This document shows positions 18,436 to 28,634 of a DNA stretch of 64,000 bases, piece after piece. Origin of the DNA: a virus. Its lineage: Duplodnaviria > Heunggongvirae > Uroviricota > Caudoviricetes. The stretch spans positions 41,062 to 105,061 of the IMG/VR virus record IMGVR_UViG_2770939580_000003; one strand, given 5' to 3'. The position numbers were made by a program, and so were the translations under genes. Below the pieces are notes generated by a model, which saw only the letters and a program-made list of their open reading frames with translations, had not been told where the DNA came from and made no database searches. Each line of letters opens with the position of its first letter. Position 1 is the first letter of the stretch.

Positions 18436-18976
18436 TTCTTTTTAATACTTGAACATCCTTGATTATGTTTTCTTCATGAAGGATCTCGTTTTGTAATTCT
18501 TTAATTCTTTTTCCGCACATCTCTTTTACATTCTCAGAGCGCGTAATGAGTTGCTTGTATTTAAGTGCAGCAATCTCAGCTTCATTTTTAGCTTTGGAAT
18601 ATTTAATCTTCTTGCGTTTTGCCAGTTCTGTTCTATGTATTTTTCTGAATTCTTTTTTGTATAACTCTTCAACCCTGTCTCGAAACGTAATCTTCTTATG
18701 TTCTTTTTCAATATCTCTTTCGATTGGATACACCGTAGTAATTTTCACAGGATCTAATCCAATATGGATAGCAACTGTATGATTAAAGACATACATGTGA
18801 GAATCAACTCCAAATTGATCTGGTACAATTCCAATGTATTCAGAACTTTTCAATAGCGATCTGACATAATCCGTAGCCATCTTTTTGTTTTTGCTGTATT
18901 CAGGGAATCTTTCTTGCATTCTTTCGAAGCCATGAGTAGACAGTTCAATAGTTTTAGGGTATTCCATTTGGATCAT
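18401..18976 (-). CDS. hypothetical protein with basic coiled-coil C-terminus
   Basis: ORF track. Confidence 0.5.
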   Translation of the reverse strand: MIQMEYPKTIELSTHGFERMQERFPEYSKNKKMATDYVRSLLKSSEYIGIVPDQFGVDSHMYVFNHTVAIHIGLDPVKITTVYPIERDIEKEHKKITFRDRVEELYKKEFRKIHRTELAKRKKIKYSKAKNEAEIAALKYKQLITRSENVKEMCGKRIKELQNEILHEENIIKDVQVLKRSVAYAIATGNY

Positions 18977-19040
18977 CTCCTTAAGTGTCGTTTATATATT
19001 GTTATATGCAGTGTATTTCTTGATGAAAGACGGCTTTTAT

Positions 19041-19328
19041 CTAAACCACTACTTTACCTTCCAACCGATCATAAGCAGCCTTTACTCGTTCAGAAACTTC
19101 TATGTATGTATTCTTATCTTGATACAAATCAATAACTTCACCATTCTCAACAATAAATCGATTGTAATAATATTGAATGTGCTTAGTACTTCCCTCAACT
19201 TTTACGACTTGTCCCAATGTTACACACTTCTTAATCTTATACTTTACTTCCTCAAAAGAATCGCAACTCAGATAGCTCTTCATGCACAGTTGGCTGTACT
19301 TTTCAATTACACTTGATTTAATTTTCAT
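19041..19328 (-). CDS. hypothetical protein
   Basis: ORF track. Confidence 0.5.
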   Translation of the reverse strand: MKIKSSVIEKYSQLCMKSYLSCDSFEEVKYKIKKCVTLGQVVKVEGSTKHIQYYYNRFIVENGEVIDLYQDKNTYIEVSERVKAAYDRLEGKVVV

Positions 19329-19504
19329 ATGTATTTTCGTTCCTCCTATTTTTCATACCGTTCATCAATATATGTATAACAAAACTCTCGTTCTTGATCA
19401 TATTTGCCTAACTCATAGCACATCTTCCTATGCGAGTCTCGAACTTTCTCAAATGATTTACTCCAAAACAAATAGTTGATTAACTTGCTTATCATATGTA
19501 TCCA

Positions 19505-20026
19505 TCACCCTTTCAGCGACATAATTAGTATAGTTGTGAAATTGAATAATGCATGGCTAAAGATTGGAATCAATAAGTTGTTACTCTTCTGGTAATACCA
19601 GCACCAGATGAATCCTACAAATACGTAGCCGATAAATCCACTTAGATTAAAATGTGGTATCGCGAACACTATTGAGCTTAACAGCGCAGAAAGCCTGAAA
19701 CTAAATTTGCTGCTAAGTTTCTTGAATATTATTCCTCGACATATGTACTCTTCGATGATGGGACTTATTGTTACACTATAGATGTAAAGCACGGGAATAT
19801 TGACGGGCAAACTTATTACCGTTGCTGTCCCAAAGTATTGACTTGTCAAGGAGTTGATAATATTGAATCCTATAAAAGCAAAACAAGTTGAGTAGAATAT
19901 ATTTTCTATATTATTTATGTGTTTAAAATTTTCCAATTCAAGCTTTATCCGATCTTTATTCTTAATTATAAACCATAACAAAATTGCTGGTGGTAGAACA
20001 ATTAGAGCCAGTTTTAAAATTATCAA
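19505..20026 (-). CDS. CPBP (CAAX/Abi) family intramembrane metalloprotease
   Basis: EEYICRGIIF (EExxxR), FAIPHF (FxxxH), HALFNF (HxxxN) motifs in a multi-TM protein. Confidence 0.7.
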   Translation of the reverse strand: MIILKLALIVLPPAILLWFIIKNKDRIKLELENFKHINNIENIFYSTCFAFIGFNIINSLTSQYFGTATVISLPVNIPVLYIYSVTISPIIEEYICRGIIFKKLSSKFSFRLSALLSSIVFAIPHFNLSGFIGYVFVGFIWCWYYQKSNNLLIPIFSHALFNFTTILIMSLKG

Positions 20027-20053
20027 TCACCTTCTCAACCATCTGATCCCTCC

Positions 20054-20089
20054 TAAAAGAAAAAGTACAGGTTCTTTATGACCTGTACT
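20054..20089 (-). terminator. rho-independent terminator after dfrA (AGTACAGGT/ACCTGTACT stem, T-run)
   Basis: read from sequence. Confidence 0.7.
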
Positions 20090-20118
20090 TAGTTTATCAT
20101 CTATTATGTTATTTGTCT

Positions 20119-20139
20119 AGTATTATCTTTGTGTTTTAA
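20119..20139 (-). repeat. 21-bp intergenic motif copy (plus AGTATTATCTTTGTGTTTTAA) overlapping dfrA stop
   Basis: exact reading. Confidence 0.7.
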
Positions 20140-20632
20140 TTTTCTTTATTAGATGTTTTGTTTTAATCTTATACACTGTTTTATCACCTGTTACTTCTAC
20201 GGTTTCTTCGGTGCATATATCCCAGTCATTCTCATCGTAAGAAGGAAAATATGAATCGCCTTTGAATGTATGCTGAATCAAGTTGATGTACATCTCATCT
20301 ACTAATGGAATAAATTGTTCATATAATGATGATCCTCCTATAATAAAGGATTCTATATCCGACTTATCTATGTATTGTAGAACATCTTCAATGTTATTTA
20401 CTACAATGCAGCCCTCTGATTTAAAATTGAGGTCAGAAGTAAGAACTATATTTGTCCGATTAGGCAGCACATTCCCTATTGATTCGTAAGTGTTTCTACC
20501 CATTACAATATTTTTAAACATAGTCTTTTCCTTAAAGTACTTCAGATCCCAAGGTATATACCATGGAAGTTTTCCATTATTGCCAATCAGCCTATTCTCG
20601 TCCATTGCTACAATGATTGATAATTTGCTCAT
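20123..20632 (-). CDS. dfrA: dihydrofolate reductase
   Basis: [18 protein letters not shown]...GRNTYES...LTSD...[12 protein letters not shown] signature; 4-nt overlap with thyA. Confidence 0.85.
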   Translation of the reverse strand: MSKLSIIVAMDENRLIGNNGKLPWYIPWDLKYFKEKTMFKNIVMGRNTYESIGNVLPNRTNIVLTSDLNFKSEGCIVVNNIEDVLQYIDKSDIESFIIGGSSLYEQFIPLVDEMYINLIQHTFKGDSYFPSYDENDWDICTEETVEVTGDKTVYKIKTKHLIKKIKTQR

Positions 20633-21423
20633 ACTGCAATTGGAGCTTTAATGCCCGGATGATGCTGATAGTTCTCAAACTCGAAATCTTCAAACTTGTA
20701 ATCAAAAATAGAATCCGGCTTGCGTTTGATTACCAGCTTAGGTAAAGCATAAGGTTCACGCTCCAGTTGAGTTTTAACCTGATCTACGTGGTTGGAGTAG
20801 ATGTGAACATCCCCTCCAGACCATATGAAATCACCCACCTCAAGATCACATTGCTGGGCAATCATATGAGTCAAGAGTGCATAACTCGCGATGTTAAACG
20901 GCAACCCGAGGAACGTATCCACGGAACGCATCGTAAGCATACATGATAATTTACCCTCTGCAACGTAAAACTGAAACGCAAAATGACAAGGTGGAAGCTT
21001 CATATTGTTGATCTCAGCCACATTCCATGCACTGACAAGGTGACGACGAGAATCTGGATTATTTTTAATCGAGTCAACTACTGCTGCAATTTGATCAACT
21101 TTGTCTCCGTTTGGAGTCTCCCATGTTCTCCACTGTGACCCATAAACTGGCCCCAAATCACCATTTTCGTCCGCCCAGTCCTCCCAGATATTCACACCGT
21201 TTTCTTTCAGATAAGATATATTGGTATCGCCACTCAAAAACCACAACAGTTCATGAATAACCGACTTGAGATGAATTCGTTTGGTTGTTACCAGCGGAAA
21301 TCCTTCGGAGAGATCATAGCGGAGTTGTCTGCCAAATACAGATTGTGTTCCTGTTCCGGTACGGTCTCCCTTATGCACACCGTTGTTCAGAATATCCTGT
21401 AATAAATCCAGATAGTTTTTCAT
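20629..21423 (-). CDS. thyA: thymidylate synthase (ThyA type)
   Basis: [35 protein letters not shown] motifs. Confidence 0.9.
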   Translation of the reverse strand: MKNYLDLLQDILNNGVHKGDRTGTGTQSVFGRQLRYDLSEGFPLVTTKRIHLKSVIHELLWFLSGDTNISYLKENGVNIWEDWADENGDLGPVYGSQWRTWETPNGDKVDQIAAVVDSIKNNPDSRRHLVSAWNVAEINNMKLPPCHFAFQFYVAEGKLSCMLTMRSVDTFLGLPFNIASYALLTHMIAQQCDLEVGDFIWSGGDVHIYSNHVDQVKTQLEREPYALPKLVIKRKPDSIFDYKFEDFEFENYQHHPGIKAPIAV

Positions 21424-21642
21424 TTAAGATGCGCACCCTTCACAGGCAATGTAGTTATCTCCTACCTTTTTACTGATGGCAATAACTTTGCCCAGCTTGA
21501 TATCCGACTCATCTGTAAACTCCAGATCTGCAATACGTGCAACGATAAGTTCAGCAGCTTCCTCCTTACTTGTTGCCTCTTGGCTGAACTCGGATTTTTC
21601 GCCTGTTGATACAACCTCATATAAATACGTATATCTCATCAT
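21424..21642 (-). CDS. hypothetical protein (72 aa from MMRYTYL; RBS AAAGGAGAA)
   Basis: internal start with RBS. Confidence 0.45.
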   Translation of the reverse strand: MMRYTYLYEVVSTGEKSEFSQEATSKEEAAELIVARIADLEFTDESDIKLGKVIAISKKVGDNYIACEGCAS

Positions 21643-21735
21643 TGTATATTCTCCTTTTATTTTCTTATGTTGTCTTTTGCTGTTTCTCTTTATGTTCAAA
21701 TGAAAAGGCAGTGGATTAACCACCGCCCATATGTA

Positions 21736-22260
21736 TTAGTTAAATCGCAGTGTTCCCAAATCAATCTGACGCTTGATTTCTTTCTCAATCTTTGGCTCTG
21801 GTGCTTCCCATCCATCGGGTTTAATTACTTTACCAACTTCGTTATAGTGTGGCTTTCCGTCTGGGAAAATTTTAGATAGGTTTGCATTATGGACAATATC
21901 GAAAATCTCATCTGGAATAACTGATGCTTCTACAAGTCCACCTTCGGCAAAGTATTTGATGTCAATCAGAGCATCAACTTGTCCAATTAGTCGATCTTCA
22001 GGAAATGGTTTGGTTAGTTGCTTATCGTATGTATCATAAATTGAACTGATTAGATTATTTGTGAATTCACGAAATTTATCTTTGTCTCCATCAGAAGATG
22101 CATAGAGTAACTCAACCACTTCTTCCATGATAAAATTGGCTCTATTTGTAACCAACTTATCATCTAATGCTGTAGGTGTTTCTGGTGCTGGACAGTTAAA
22201 TGCTTTTTGGAACTCTCGTACTTTCATAAAATCAGTTTTAATATTAATTGAATTTGTCAT
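21736..22260 (-). CDS. hypothetical protein, possibly MazG/HisE-like all-alpha NTP pyrophosphohydrolase
   Basis: EEVVEL.. acidic helix pattern; position inside nucleotide-metabolism operon. Confidence 0.35.
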   Translation of the reverse strand: MTNSINIKTDFMKVREFQKAFNCPAPETPTALDDKLVTNRANFIMEEVVELLYASSDGDKDKFREFTNNLISSIYDTYDKQLTKPFPEDRLIGQVDALIDIKYFAEGGLVEASVIPDEIFDIVHNANLSKIFPDGKPHYNEVGKVIKPDGWEAPEPKIEKEIKRQIDLGTLRFN

Positions 22261-22281
22261 ATTTATGTGCCTATCTCCCTT

Positions 22282-23313
22282 TTACAAATCATCGAATCCG
22301 TTATCATCGCCAACTTTACCATAGTTGCGAGATTTTGCTTCAAAGAAATCAGTTTTTGTTGAGTTTAAAGCTTCATCTGAAAATGGCTTGATCCATGGCA
22401 TACAATTCACATCTACACCTTCATATAACTTCTCCATGCCCATTAACTTCAGACGTTTATTTGCTGTATATTTGATATAATCGCTCAACTCATCCAGATC
22501 AATACTTTGAATGTTTTTGAGAGTATAGTGACCCCAATTTGTTTCAAGTTTAACTGCTTGATCAATCGTATCATAGACATACTCAATGTTCTCAGGTGTG
22601 TCCAGTTCAGGGAAGTCTGCTAACAATTGCTTGTACACTTCCGCAAAGAAATAACAATGCTGATTCTCATCTCTTTGAATATACGAGACCATCTGACTTG
22701 TTGCCATCATCTTCTGGTCACGAGCTAGATTGTAGAAGAAGGCGAATGTGCTATAGAAGAAGATGCCTTCAAGAATTAAATCAGCAACCATTGACTTAAA
22801 GAACGTTTGTGGATTGGGGTTGTCACGGAATTCCTGATAGATATCTGAAATGAATTGGTTTCGTTCTAGTAATACAGGATCATGTTTCCAATACTCAAAG
22901 ATTTCTTTCTGTTCTTGATCAGATACAATTGAAGAAAGCACATAGGAATAAGACTGATTATGTACAACTTCTTGCTGTCCAATGATTGCTGAGATTGCTT
23001 CCAACGATGAATCTGTAAAATACCTTTTAACATCACCTACAAACATCGTCTGCATTGAGTCCAATACTGCAAGCAGAGAGATGTTGATTTTGAATGTGTC
23101 TTGTTCTACTTTGCTAAGTTGAGCGAACTGCGAAGCATCCTTGGACATTGGAATCTCATCTGCAATCCAATGATTAAGTAACAAAACTTTGTATAGTTTA
23201 TACATGTGAGGCATTCGGATATCGTTCCAGTTAAGGATACCCGAATTTTCCCCCTCGATAATACGTGTAGATTTATTTGGTGCTTCCGTGTTGAAGATTT
23301 TCTGAATTTTCAA
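22282..23313 (-). CDS. nrdF: ribonucleotide reductase class Ib beta subunit
   Basis: Ferritin-like R2 motifs, EQDTF..ISLLAVLDSMQ.., C-terminal DF tail. Confidence 0.9.
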   Translation of the reverse strand: MKIQKIFNTEAPNKSTRIIEGENSGILNWNDIRMPHMYKLYKVLLLNHWIADEIPMSKDASQFAQLSKVEQDTFKINISLLAVLDSMQTMFVGDVKRYFTDSSLEAISAIIGQQEVVHNQSYSYVLSSIVSDQEQKEIFEYWKHDPVLLERNQFISDIYQEFRDNPNPQTFFKSMVADLILEGIFFYSTFAFFYNLARDQKMMATSQMVSYIQRDENQHCYFFAEVYKQLLADFPELDTPENIEYVYDTIDQAVKLETNWGHYTLKNIQSIDLDELSDYIKYTANKRLKLMGMEKLYEGVDVNCMPWIKPFSDEALNSTKTDFFEAKSRNYGKVGDDNGFDDL

Positions 23314-23356
23314 TTACGTATTCTCCTTATATTTAACTAGCGCATGACTCGTAGCC

Positions 23357-25681
23357 TTAAACTGTTAAAGCTCTACTTCTAACATAATAAGTAGTTTTCA
23401 TGCCAACTCTCCATGCATGAAGATGAAGTTCTAAGAAATCAGTTGCTTTGATGTCCGGTCGAACGTAGAAGTTGAAGCTTTGTCCCTGATCTACATGACG
23501 CTGACGGGCAGCCGCCATATTAACGGAAGCATGTTGATCCACCATGAACGCCGTTTGGTAATAAGGGCTTGTTTTTTCGGACAGATCGGGAGCGGGATTA
23601 GCAATCTTATATGTGGTCTTTTCTTCATATGAAATTAATTCATATAGTGGATCAATCGATGCGGTTGAGCCAGCAATGATTGATGTAGATCCATTTGGGG
23701 CAATGGCGAACAGCCAAGCATTACGGATACCGTTTTGCTGTACTTCGGCTTGCAGTTCTTTCCACTGATCAGTAGTTACATATTGCCCTTCACGATCACC
23801 CGACACATAGTCTCGCTTAGCAAAGTACTCTCCTGTGTCCCAGTCAGAACCTTTAAATTTAGGATAGTGTCCTTTTTCTTTGGACAGTTCCATGCTGGCT
23901 TTTACAAGTAGATAATTAATCTTTTCATATAAGTTATCGTTATACGTTACGGCTTCTTCAGACTCCCAACTAATACCTTCGAGAGCAAGCAGATGATGCA
24001 GTCCGAATGTTCCTAATCCAACAGCTCTATACTGTGCATTCGTGTATTGTGCTTGCAGTACATCAATATTGTTGATGTCGATAACATTATCTAGCATACG
24101 AGTTTGAATTGGGACAAGCCGCTCAAGAACATTATCTAGCACTGCTTTAGACAAGTTAATGGAGTTAAGATTACATACCACAAAGTCGCCGGGAATTTTA
24201 GAGATAATGATACGCGTTTGACCGTCTTTGGTTACCAACTCTTCTTTTTCAACTACAGTAGGAGATTGATTTTGCATAATCTCTGTACAAAGATTCGAGG
24301 AAAATATCATTCCATGTACACCGTTAGTGTTTGCGCGATTCACTGTATCACGATAGAACATATACGGTGTTCCGGTCTCTAATTGAGATTTAAGTACACG
24401 CTTCATGATGTCAATCGCCTGAACAGTGATTCTCTGTAGTAGAGGATGGTTTACTGCTTCTTCATATTTTTCTCTGAAGGTTCCTTTGCCTAATTCCTCG
24501 TCATAGAAGTCTTCCAATCCAAGTGATCGTCCATTGCTATCTTTCCATCCCATAATAGACTTTACTTCATGTGGACAGAACAAACTCCATTCTCCTCGAC
24601 TCCCTACCCTTTCCATGAACAAGTCGGGAAGACAGACGCCATGGAAGATATCGTGTGCTCTCATTCGTTCATCGCCATTATTGAGTTTCAGATCAAGAAA
24701 AGCTAGAATGTCACGATGAAATACATCCAAATACACCGCAATCGCACCTTTGCGTGTACCGAGCTGATCTACACTAACCGCCGTATTGTTCAATTGACGA
24801 ATCCAAGGTACTACACCCGAGCTTGTATTTTTGTGTCCTCGAATATCAGAGCCTCTTGCTCTAACCTTGCCAAGATAGACTCCAATTCCTCCACCTGTTT
24901 TACTTAGTCGTGCTACATCAGTATTTGAATCAAAAATGCCTTCCAACGAGTCATCTACAGTGTCAATGAAGCAGCTAGACAATTGACCAGCAACTTTTTT
25001 ACCTGCATTGGACATTGTTGGTGTAGCAGCAGTCATATACAGGTTACTCATTGCCCAGTAGGATTCTTTGACTAGATCCATACGCTTATCTTCAGGTTCT
25101 TGATGCATTAGATACATCGCAATAACCATATATCTTTGTTGTGGCAACTCCATTAGCTTCCCATCAAAGTCATGTGTTAAATAACGCTCTGTAAGGGTGA
25201 GTAATCCAATATAATCGAATAGTAGATCATATTCTGGATTAATGTACTCTCCCAGCTCTTCAATCTGTTCCTTTGTATAACAGGTGAGAAGTTCTTCTCT
25301 GAAGATTCCTTTTTCAACAAGCGTTTGAATCAGAGGATAAAATGAACCGTATGGCTCATCAACATATGATTTATATTTTCGATTGTTTGCGGCCTTTTTA
25401 TAGAGCTTTGTCAGTAGCCCTCTTGCAGCAACAAACTTCCAGTTCGGTTCTTCTTTTGTAATCAAGTCTAGAGCTGTCATCGAGAATGCTTCACTGATCT
25501 CTTCTGCTGTTACCTCATCACGTCTTAGTTTACTATTAACACCTTTGACTAACTTCTCCTTGTCTAAGTCAAATCCACTCATTACTCTGTCTGCATACGT
25601 CTTAATTCTATTCTCATCAAAAGCTAGTTGTCTGTTATTCGGTTTGTTTACTAATCGGGGCATTAAAATCCTCACTTTCAA
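23357..25681 (-). CDS. nrdE: ribonucleotide reductase class Ib alpha subunit, apparently uninterrupted (no intein/intron)
   Basis: NLCTEI active site, C-terminal redox tail, 774 aa. Confidence 0.9.
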   Translation of the reverse strand: MKVRILMPRLVNKPNNRQLAFDENRIKTYADRVMSGFDLDKEKLVKGVNSKLRRDEVTAEEISEAFSMTALDLITKEEPNWKFVAARGLLTKLYKKAANNRKYKSYVDEPYGSFYPLIQTLVEKGIFREELLTCYTKEQIEELGEYINPEYDLLFDYIGLLTLTERYLTHDFDGKLMELPQQRYMVIAMYLMHQEPEDKRMDLVKESYWAMSNLYMTAATPTMSNAGKKVAGQLSSCFIDTVDDSLEGIFDSNTDVARLSKTGGGIGVYLGKVRARGSDIRGHKNTSSGVVPWIRQLNNTAVSVDQLGTRKGAIAVYLDVFHRDILAFLDLKLNNGDERMRAHDIFHGVCLPDLFMERVGSRGEWSLFCPHEVKSIMGWKDSNGRSLGLEDFYDEELGKGTFREKYEEAVNHPLLQRITVQAIDIMKRVLKSQLETGTPYMFYRDTVNRANTNGVHGMIFSSNLCTEIMQNQSPTVVEKEELVTKDGQTRIIISKIPGDFVVCNLNSINLSKAVLDNVLERLVPIQTRMLDNVIDINNIDVLQAQYTNAQYRAVGLGTFGLHHLLALEGISWESEEAVTYNDNLYEKINYLLVKASMELSKEKGHYPKFKGSDWDTGEYFAKRDYVSGDREGQYVTTDQWKELQAEVQQNGIRNAWLFAIAPNGSTSIIAGSTASIDPLYELISYEEKTTYKIANPAPDLSEKTSPYYQTAFMVDQHASVNMAAARQRHVDQGQSFNFYVRPDIKATDFLELHLHAWRVGMKTTYYVRSRALTV

Positions 25682-25730
25682 ATGTTTATATCTTTGTAAA
25701 AGAATTATTTCATTAAATCATATGTATTAT

Positions 25731-25976
25731 TTATGTGTACATCTCTTCAACTTCTACTACAATAATTCTGTCTCCAATGTTCAAAACATGATTTTGTTTA
25801 AAGAATCTAGTCATTGCGTATTCAACTGCAACCTGTTTCATCACATGAGTTGTAACTGGACTATCTCCTGCCATTTCATAACAATCTTCCTCGTCTACAT
25901 TCACGCAAAATTCTAAATCTTCATACTGCTCTCCAAAGTCGTGTTGCAAATATACATTATACTGCACTATCATCAC
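25731..25976 (-). CDS. hypothetical protein (not NrdH/NrdI)
   Basis: no CxxC or flavodoxin motif. Confidence 0.45.
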   Translation of the reverse strand: MMIVQYNVYLQHDFGEQYEDLEFCVNVDEEDCYEMAGDSPVTTHVMKQVAVEYAMTRFFKQNHVLNIGDRIIVVEVEEMYT

Positions 25977-26001
25977 CTCCTTGAATTAATCGTCCCAGAA
26001 C

Positions 26002-26181
26002 TCAATCAATTCTATAATGAAATTTACCAATAGTTAAACTGTATCTACCAAGATATATATTGACATATGACTCTCTTTCATTATCGCCCCATTCATCGTT
26101 GGCGTTGAAGTTCATACCAATAAGAAGGGTTCCTCTGTCGTAACAATGCTTCTCAATTCGCCATCCATATTTAGAATACAT
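26002..26181 (-). CDS. hypothetical 59-aa protein (MYSKYGWRIEKHCYD...) with AAGGTGA RBS
   Basis: manual translation. Confidence 0.4.
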   Translation of the reverse strand: MYSKYGWRIEKHCYDRGTLLIGMNFNANDEWGDNERESYVNIYLGRYSLTIGKFHYRID

Positions 26182-26205
26182 TTTTTCACCTTCTATGCAT
26201 TTTAT

Positions 26206-26403
26206 TTAACTGTCTCTGGTGTGGAATACTACTCGACTAAACTCATTCCAAGCATTACTCCACACCTCTTCACCATACTTATCAAACTCATCGAATTGCT
26301 TTTTTCCTATTTTCTTTTTCATTGTTTTGCTAACATAAGCATCTTCATGCAACAAGGGTTCATTATCTGTGCCAATGTCATCTTTAAAACATTCAATCAG
26401 CAC
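26206..26403 (-). CDS. hypothetical protein
   Basis: ORF track. Confidence 0.45.
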   Translation of the reverse strand: MLIECFKDDIGTDNEPLLHEDAYVSKTMKKKIGKKQFDEFDKYGEEVWSNAWNEFSRVVFHTRDS

Positions 26404-26413
26404 TCTGGATAAG

Positions 26414-26638
26414 CTAAGTGTTGCTTCGTTTAGTTGAATTACTTCTCCACTCCTTACTGCTCTCTTTTTCTCTTTTCATTTCGAGATAAGTTTTAACTTG
26501 AAAGTATTCTTTAACGCTTGTTTCCATCTTACTACTGCTGAGATGTTGTCGATCAATAGCCATATTCAAAGCATCCAAGCTCTTGTTTAACATATCTAGT
26601 GATTTTTGAAGCCGAGTATTTCTATTCATCTTCAACAC
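26414..26638 (-). CDS. hypothetical coiled-coil protein
   Basis: ORF track. Confidence 0.45.
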   Translation of the reverse strand: MLKMNRNTRLQKSLDMLNKSLDALNMAIDRQHLSSSKMETSVKEYFQVKTYLEMKREKESSKEWRSNSTKRSNT

Positions 26639-26693
26639 CTCTTCTTTGTTGTTGTTTACTCTCTTAGTATAAGTTGATAATCACGTTTTGTAA

Positions 26694-26714
26694 AGTATTA
26701 TCTTTGTCTTTTAA
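26694..26714 (-). repeat. 21-bp intergenic motif copy (plus AGTATTATCTTTGTCTTTTAA)
   Basis: exact reading. Confidence 0.7.
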
Positions 26715-26732
26715 AGATGTTTATTTGTTTAT

Positions 26733-27113
26733 TCAATCCCTAGGCGGTAGGTTGAATTTAATAATACCAAACAAAGTATCGTTTGCGCTTCCGGTAAAGT
26801 TATCCAATACGTGCTCACTCACTTTGTCTATGTGTTCAACAATTAGTACATTGTACTTTTGATCGTAGTGCATACCGCCCAATCTAAATACAACCGGAAT
26901 GCTTAATGAAGAAGCTGCTGTTGTAATTGCCTGAACCAATTCTGATTCGTGCTTTTCTCTAATGGTATTGTATGTTCCGTTCGACAGAGTAATTGTATAT
27001 GGAGTACCGTCTACACTAAATGTAAATGTATTGTTGCTTGCTGTGATTGTAACTTGATTATGGATATCTACAGATCCCCATGCTTGCTGTCCGTATGTAG
27101 CTATAATTCCCAT
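26733..27113 (-). CDS. hypothetical protein
   Basis: ORF track. Confidence 0.5.
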   Translation of the reverse strand: MGIIATYGQQAWGSVDIHNQVTITASNNTFTFSVDGTPYTITLSNGTYNTIREKHESELVQAITTAASSLSIPVVFRLGGMHYDQKYNVLIVEHIDKVSEHVLDNFTGSANDTLFGIIKFNLPPRD

Positions 27114-27335
27114 CTCCTCTAATATTCTAATGGTTTAATTCTTTGTGAAAGGTACACTTCATTTACTTATCAGTATCTATTTCAATTTTCCATCCACACT
27201 TACATGAACGAAAGAATGTATTGTCATCTATATTTAATACACCTTCCCCGTTCCCAACCTTATCATTTCCACATACCTTACAGTTTGAATACTTATCTAT
27301 CAATTCTGCTGCTTTTAATAGGTTCATATTTTCTC

Positions 27336-27611
27336 CTATAGTTGATATCGTTTAACTGTTTCTTTAACATGGGTGACTTCAAATGTGTCAAATCCTGCGA
27401 GCCTTACTTGTTCGGCAATGATATCTGGAGAAGGCAATTCCTCATGTTGTGTCACGATTGTATCTGCCTCTTCTCCATTCAAAGCAACATCTTCGGCGTT
27501 CATCATTTCAAGAAGAAGATATTCGTAAGTTTCTTCGTCAAAGAGTCTCATACAGTCCCTCCTACTCGTTACGAGCAATTCCAGCATTAGCCCAGAATAC
27601 AGCCTGTTCAA
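27336..27611 (-). CDS. hypothetical acidic protein
   Basis: ORF track. Confidence 0.4.
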   Translation of the reverse strand: MNRLYSGLMLELLVTSRRDCMRLFDEETYEYLLLEMMNAEDVALNGEEADTIVTQHEELPSPDIIAEQVRLAGFDTFEVTHVKETVKRYQL

Positions 27612-27918
27612 GATTTGTCATTGCCAAGGATTTCTCACGACTATATGGGACTGATTCTTCTAGCATATATGCCAGTTCCTTTGCTGCATTGCGAATCTGC
27701 TCATACTTCTGAGGTTGTCCTTCTTTTGGGGAATGGTAAGAAAAGTTGTTTTCAATAGTAACGTTGTATCTATTTTTTGTAAAGAAAGCTACTTCACCCA
27801 CAATCATGTGTCTAAACCTATAGGTAAAATCGTTATAGATGTGTTCAAAGTTCCCATTTGGAATACTCTCAACTTCACCAATTAAGTTTCCTGTACCTAG
27901 TTCAACGCATTTAATCAT
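27562..27918 (-). CDS. hypothetical protein
   Basis: ORF track. Confidence 0.45.
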   Translation of the reverse strand: MIKCVELGTGNLIGEVESIPNGNFEHIYNDFTYRFRHMIVGEVAFFTKNRYNVTIENNFSYHSPKEGQPQKYEQIRNAAKELAYMLEESVPYSREKSLAMTNLEQAVFWANAGIARNE

Positions 27919-27992
27919 TTATATTTCTCCTTTAATTGTTTTGATAAAATTTGACTTTCATGAACATTTTCACTTCTAAAAACCCTTATGTA

Positions 27993-28214
27993 TCAATACT
28001 TTTCTGACTCAAGCAAAGCTAAAATCTCATGATAAGCAGTCATTCGTCCAAATCTCCTTCCATGACTACATCCCATCTCATAGCAATCATCGAAGTTCCC
28101 ACCTGCCCATTCCTCAGGGTTGTAATCTTCTTCAATGTCCTTATTGATGTCATCGATATACTCTTGTAGTACATCAATCTTATTTCTTAGTACTTCAACA
28201 ATATCCATATACAC
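27993..28214 (-). CDS. hypothetical acidic protein
   Basis: ORF track. Confidence 0.45.
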   Translation of the reverse strand: MYMDIVEVLRNKIDVLQEYIDDINKDIEEDYNPEEWAGGNFDDCYEMGCSHGRRFGRMTAYHEILALLESEKY

Positions 28215-28220
28215 CTCTCC

Positions 28221-28634
28221 TTAGCTGTTCAACATCTCAGCAATCTCATTAAGTTCAAGTTCTACTTTCTTATCATCAGACAAAAGTTTATCAAGCTTCG
28301 ACTCCATAAGTTTAAGTTTTTGTTCTTCATCTTTACTATTAATGAAATCGAGTTTAGATTTTAAATCTCCGATCCAATCAGCAATATTGTATCCACTGAT
28401 AATGTATTGATCTAAAAGTTCCAATTCAATAGCTGAAGCAGCATACGAGTTAAGTTTAACTAGTAAAGAGATGAGTTGTTCTTTAGTCAAAGTTTGAATG
28501 TTAATTCTCACTCCATCTAACTCAATAGAACAATTAGTTACAGGAGTAAACTTTTTAGATTTACTTACTGATTTCTTCTTTTCTTCAATCTGCTTTTTCA
28601 ATTCAAGAATCTTGGAATCATTTAAATTTGCCAT
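28221..28634 (-). CDS. hypothetical coiled-coil protein
   Basis: ORF track. Confidence 0.5.
   Translation of the reverse strand: MANLNDSKILELKKQIEEKKKSVSKSKKFTPVTNCSIELDGVRINIQTLTKEQLISLLVKLNSYAASAIELELLDQYIISGYNIADWIGDLKSKLDFINSKDEEQKLKLMESKLDKLLSDDKKVELELNEIAEMLNS

Noticed and set aside
25731-25976. Considered as NrdH/NrdI accessory gene upstream of nrdE
   Set aside because: Lacks the CxxC redoxin motif and is too short for a flavodoxin.
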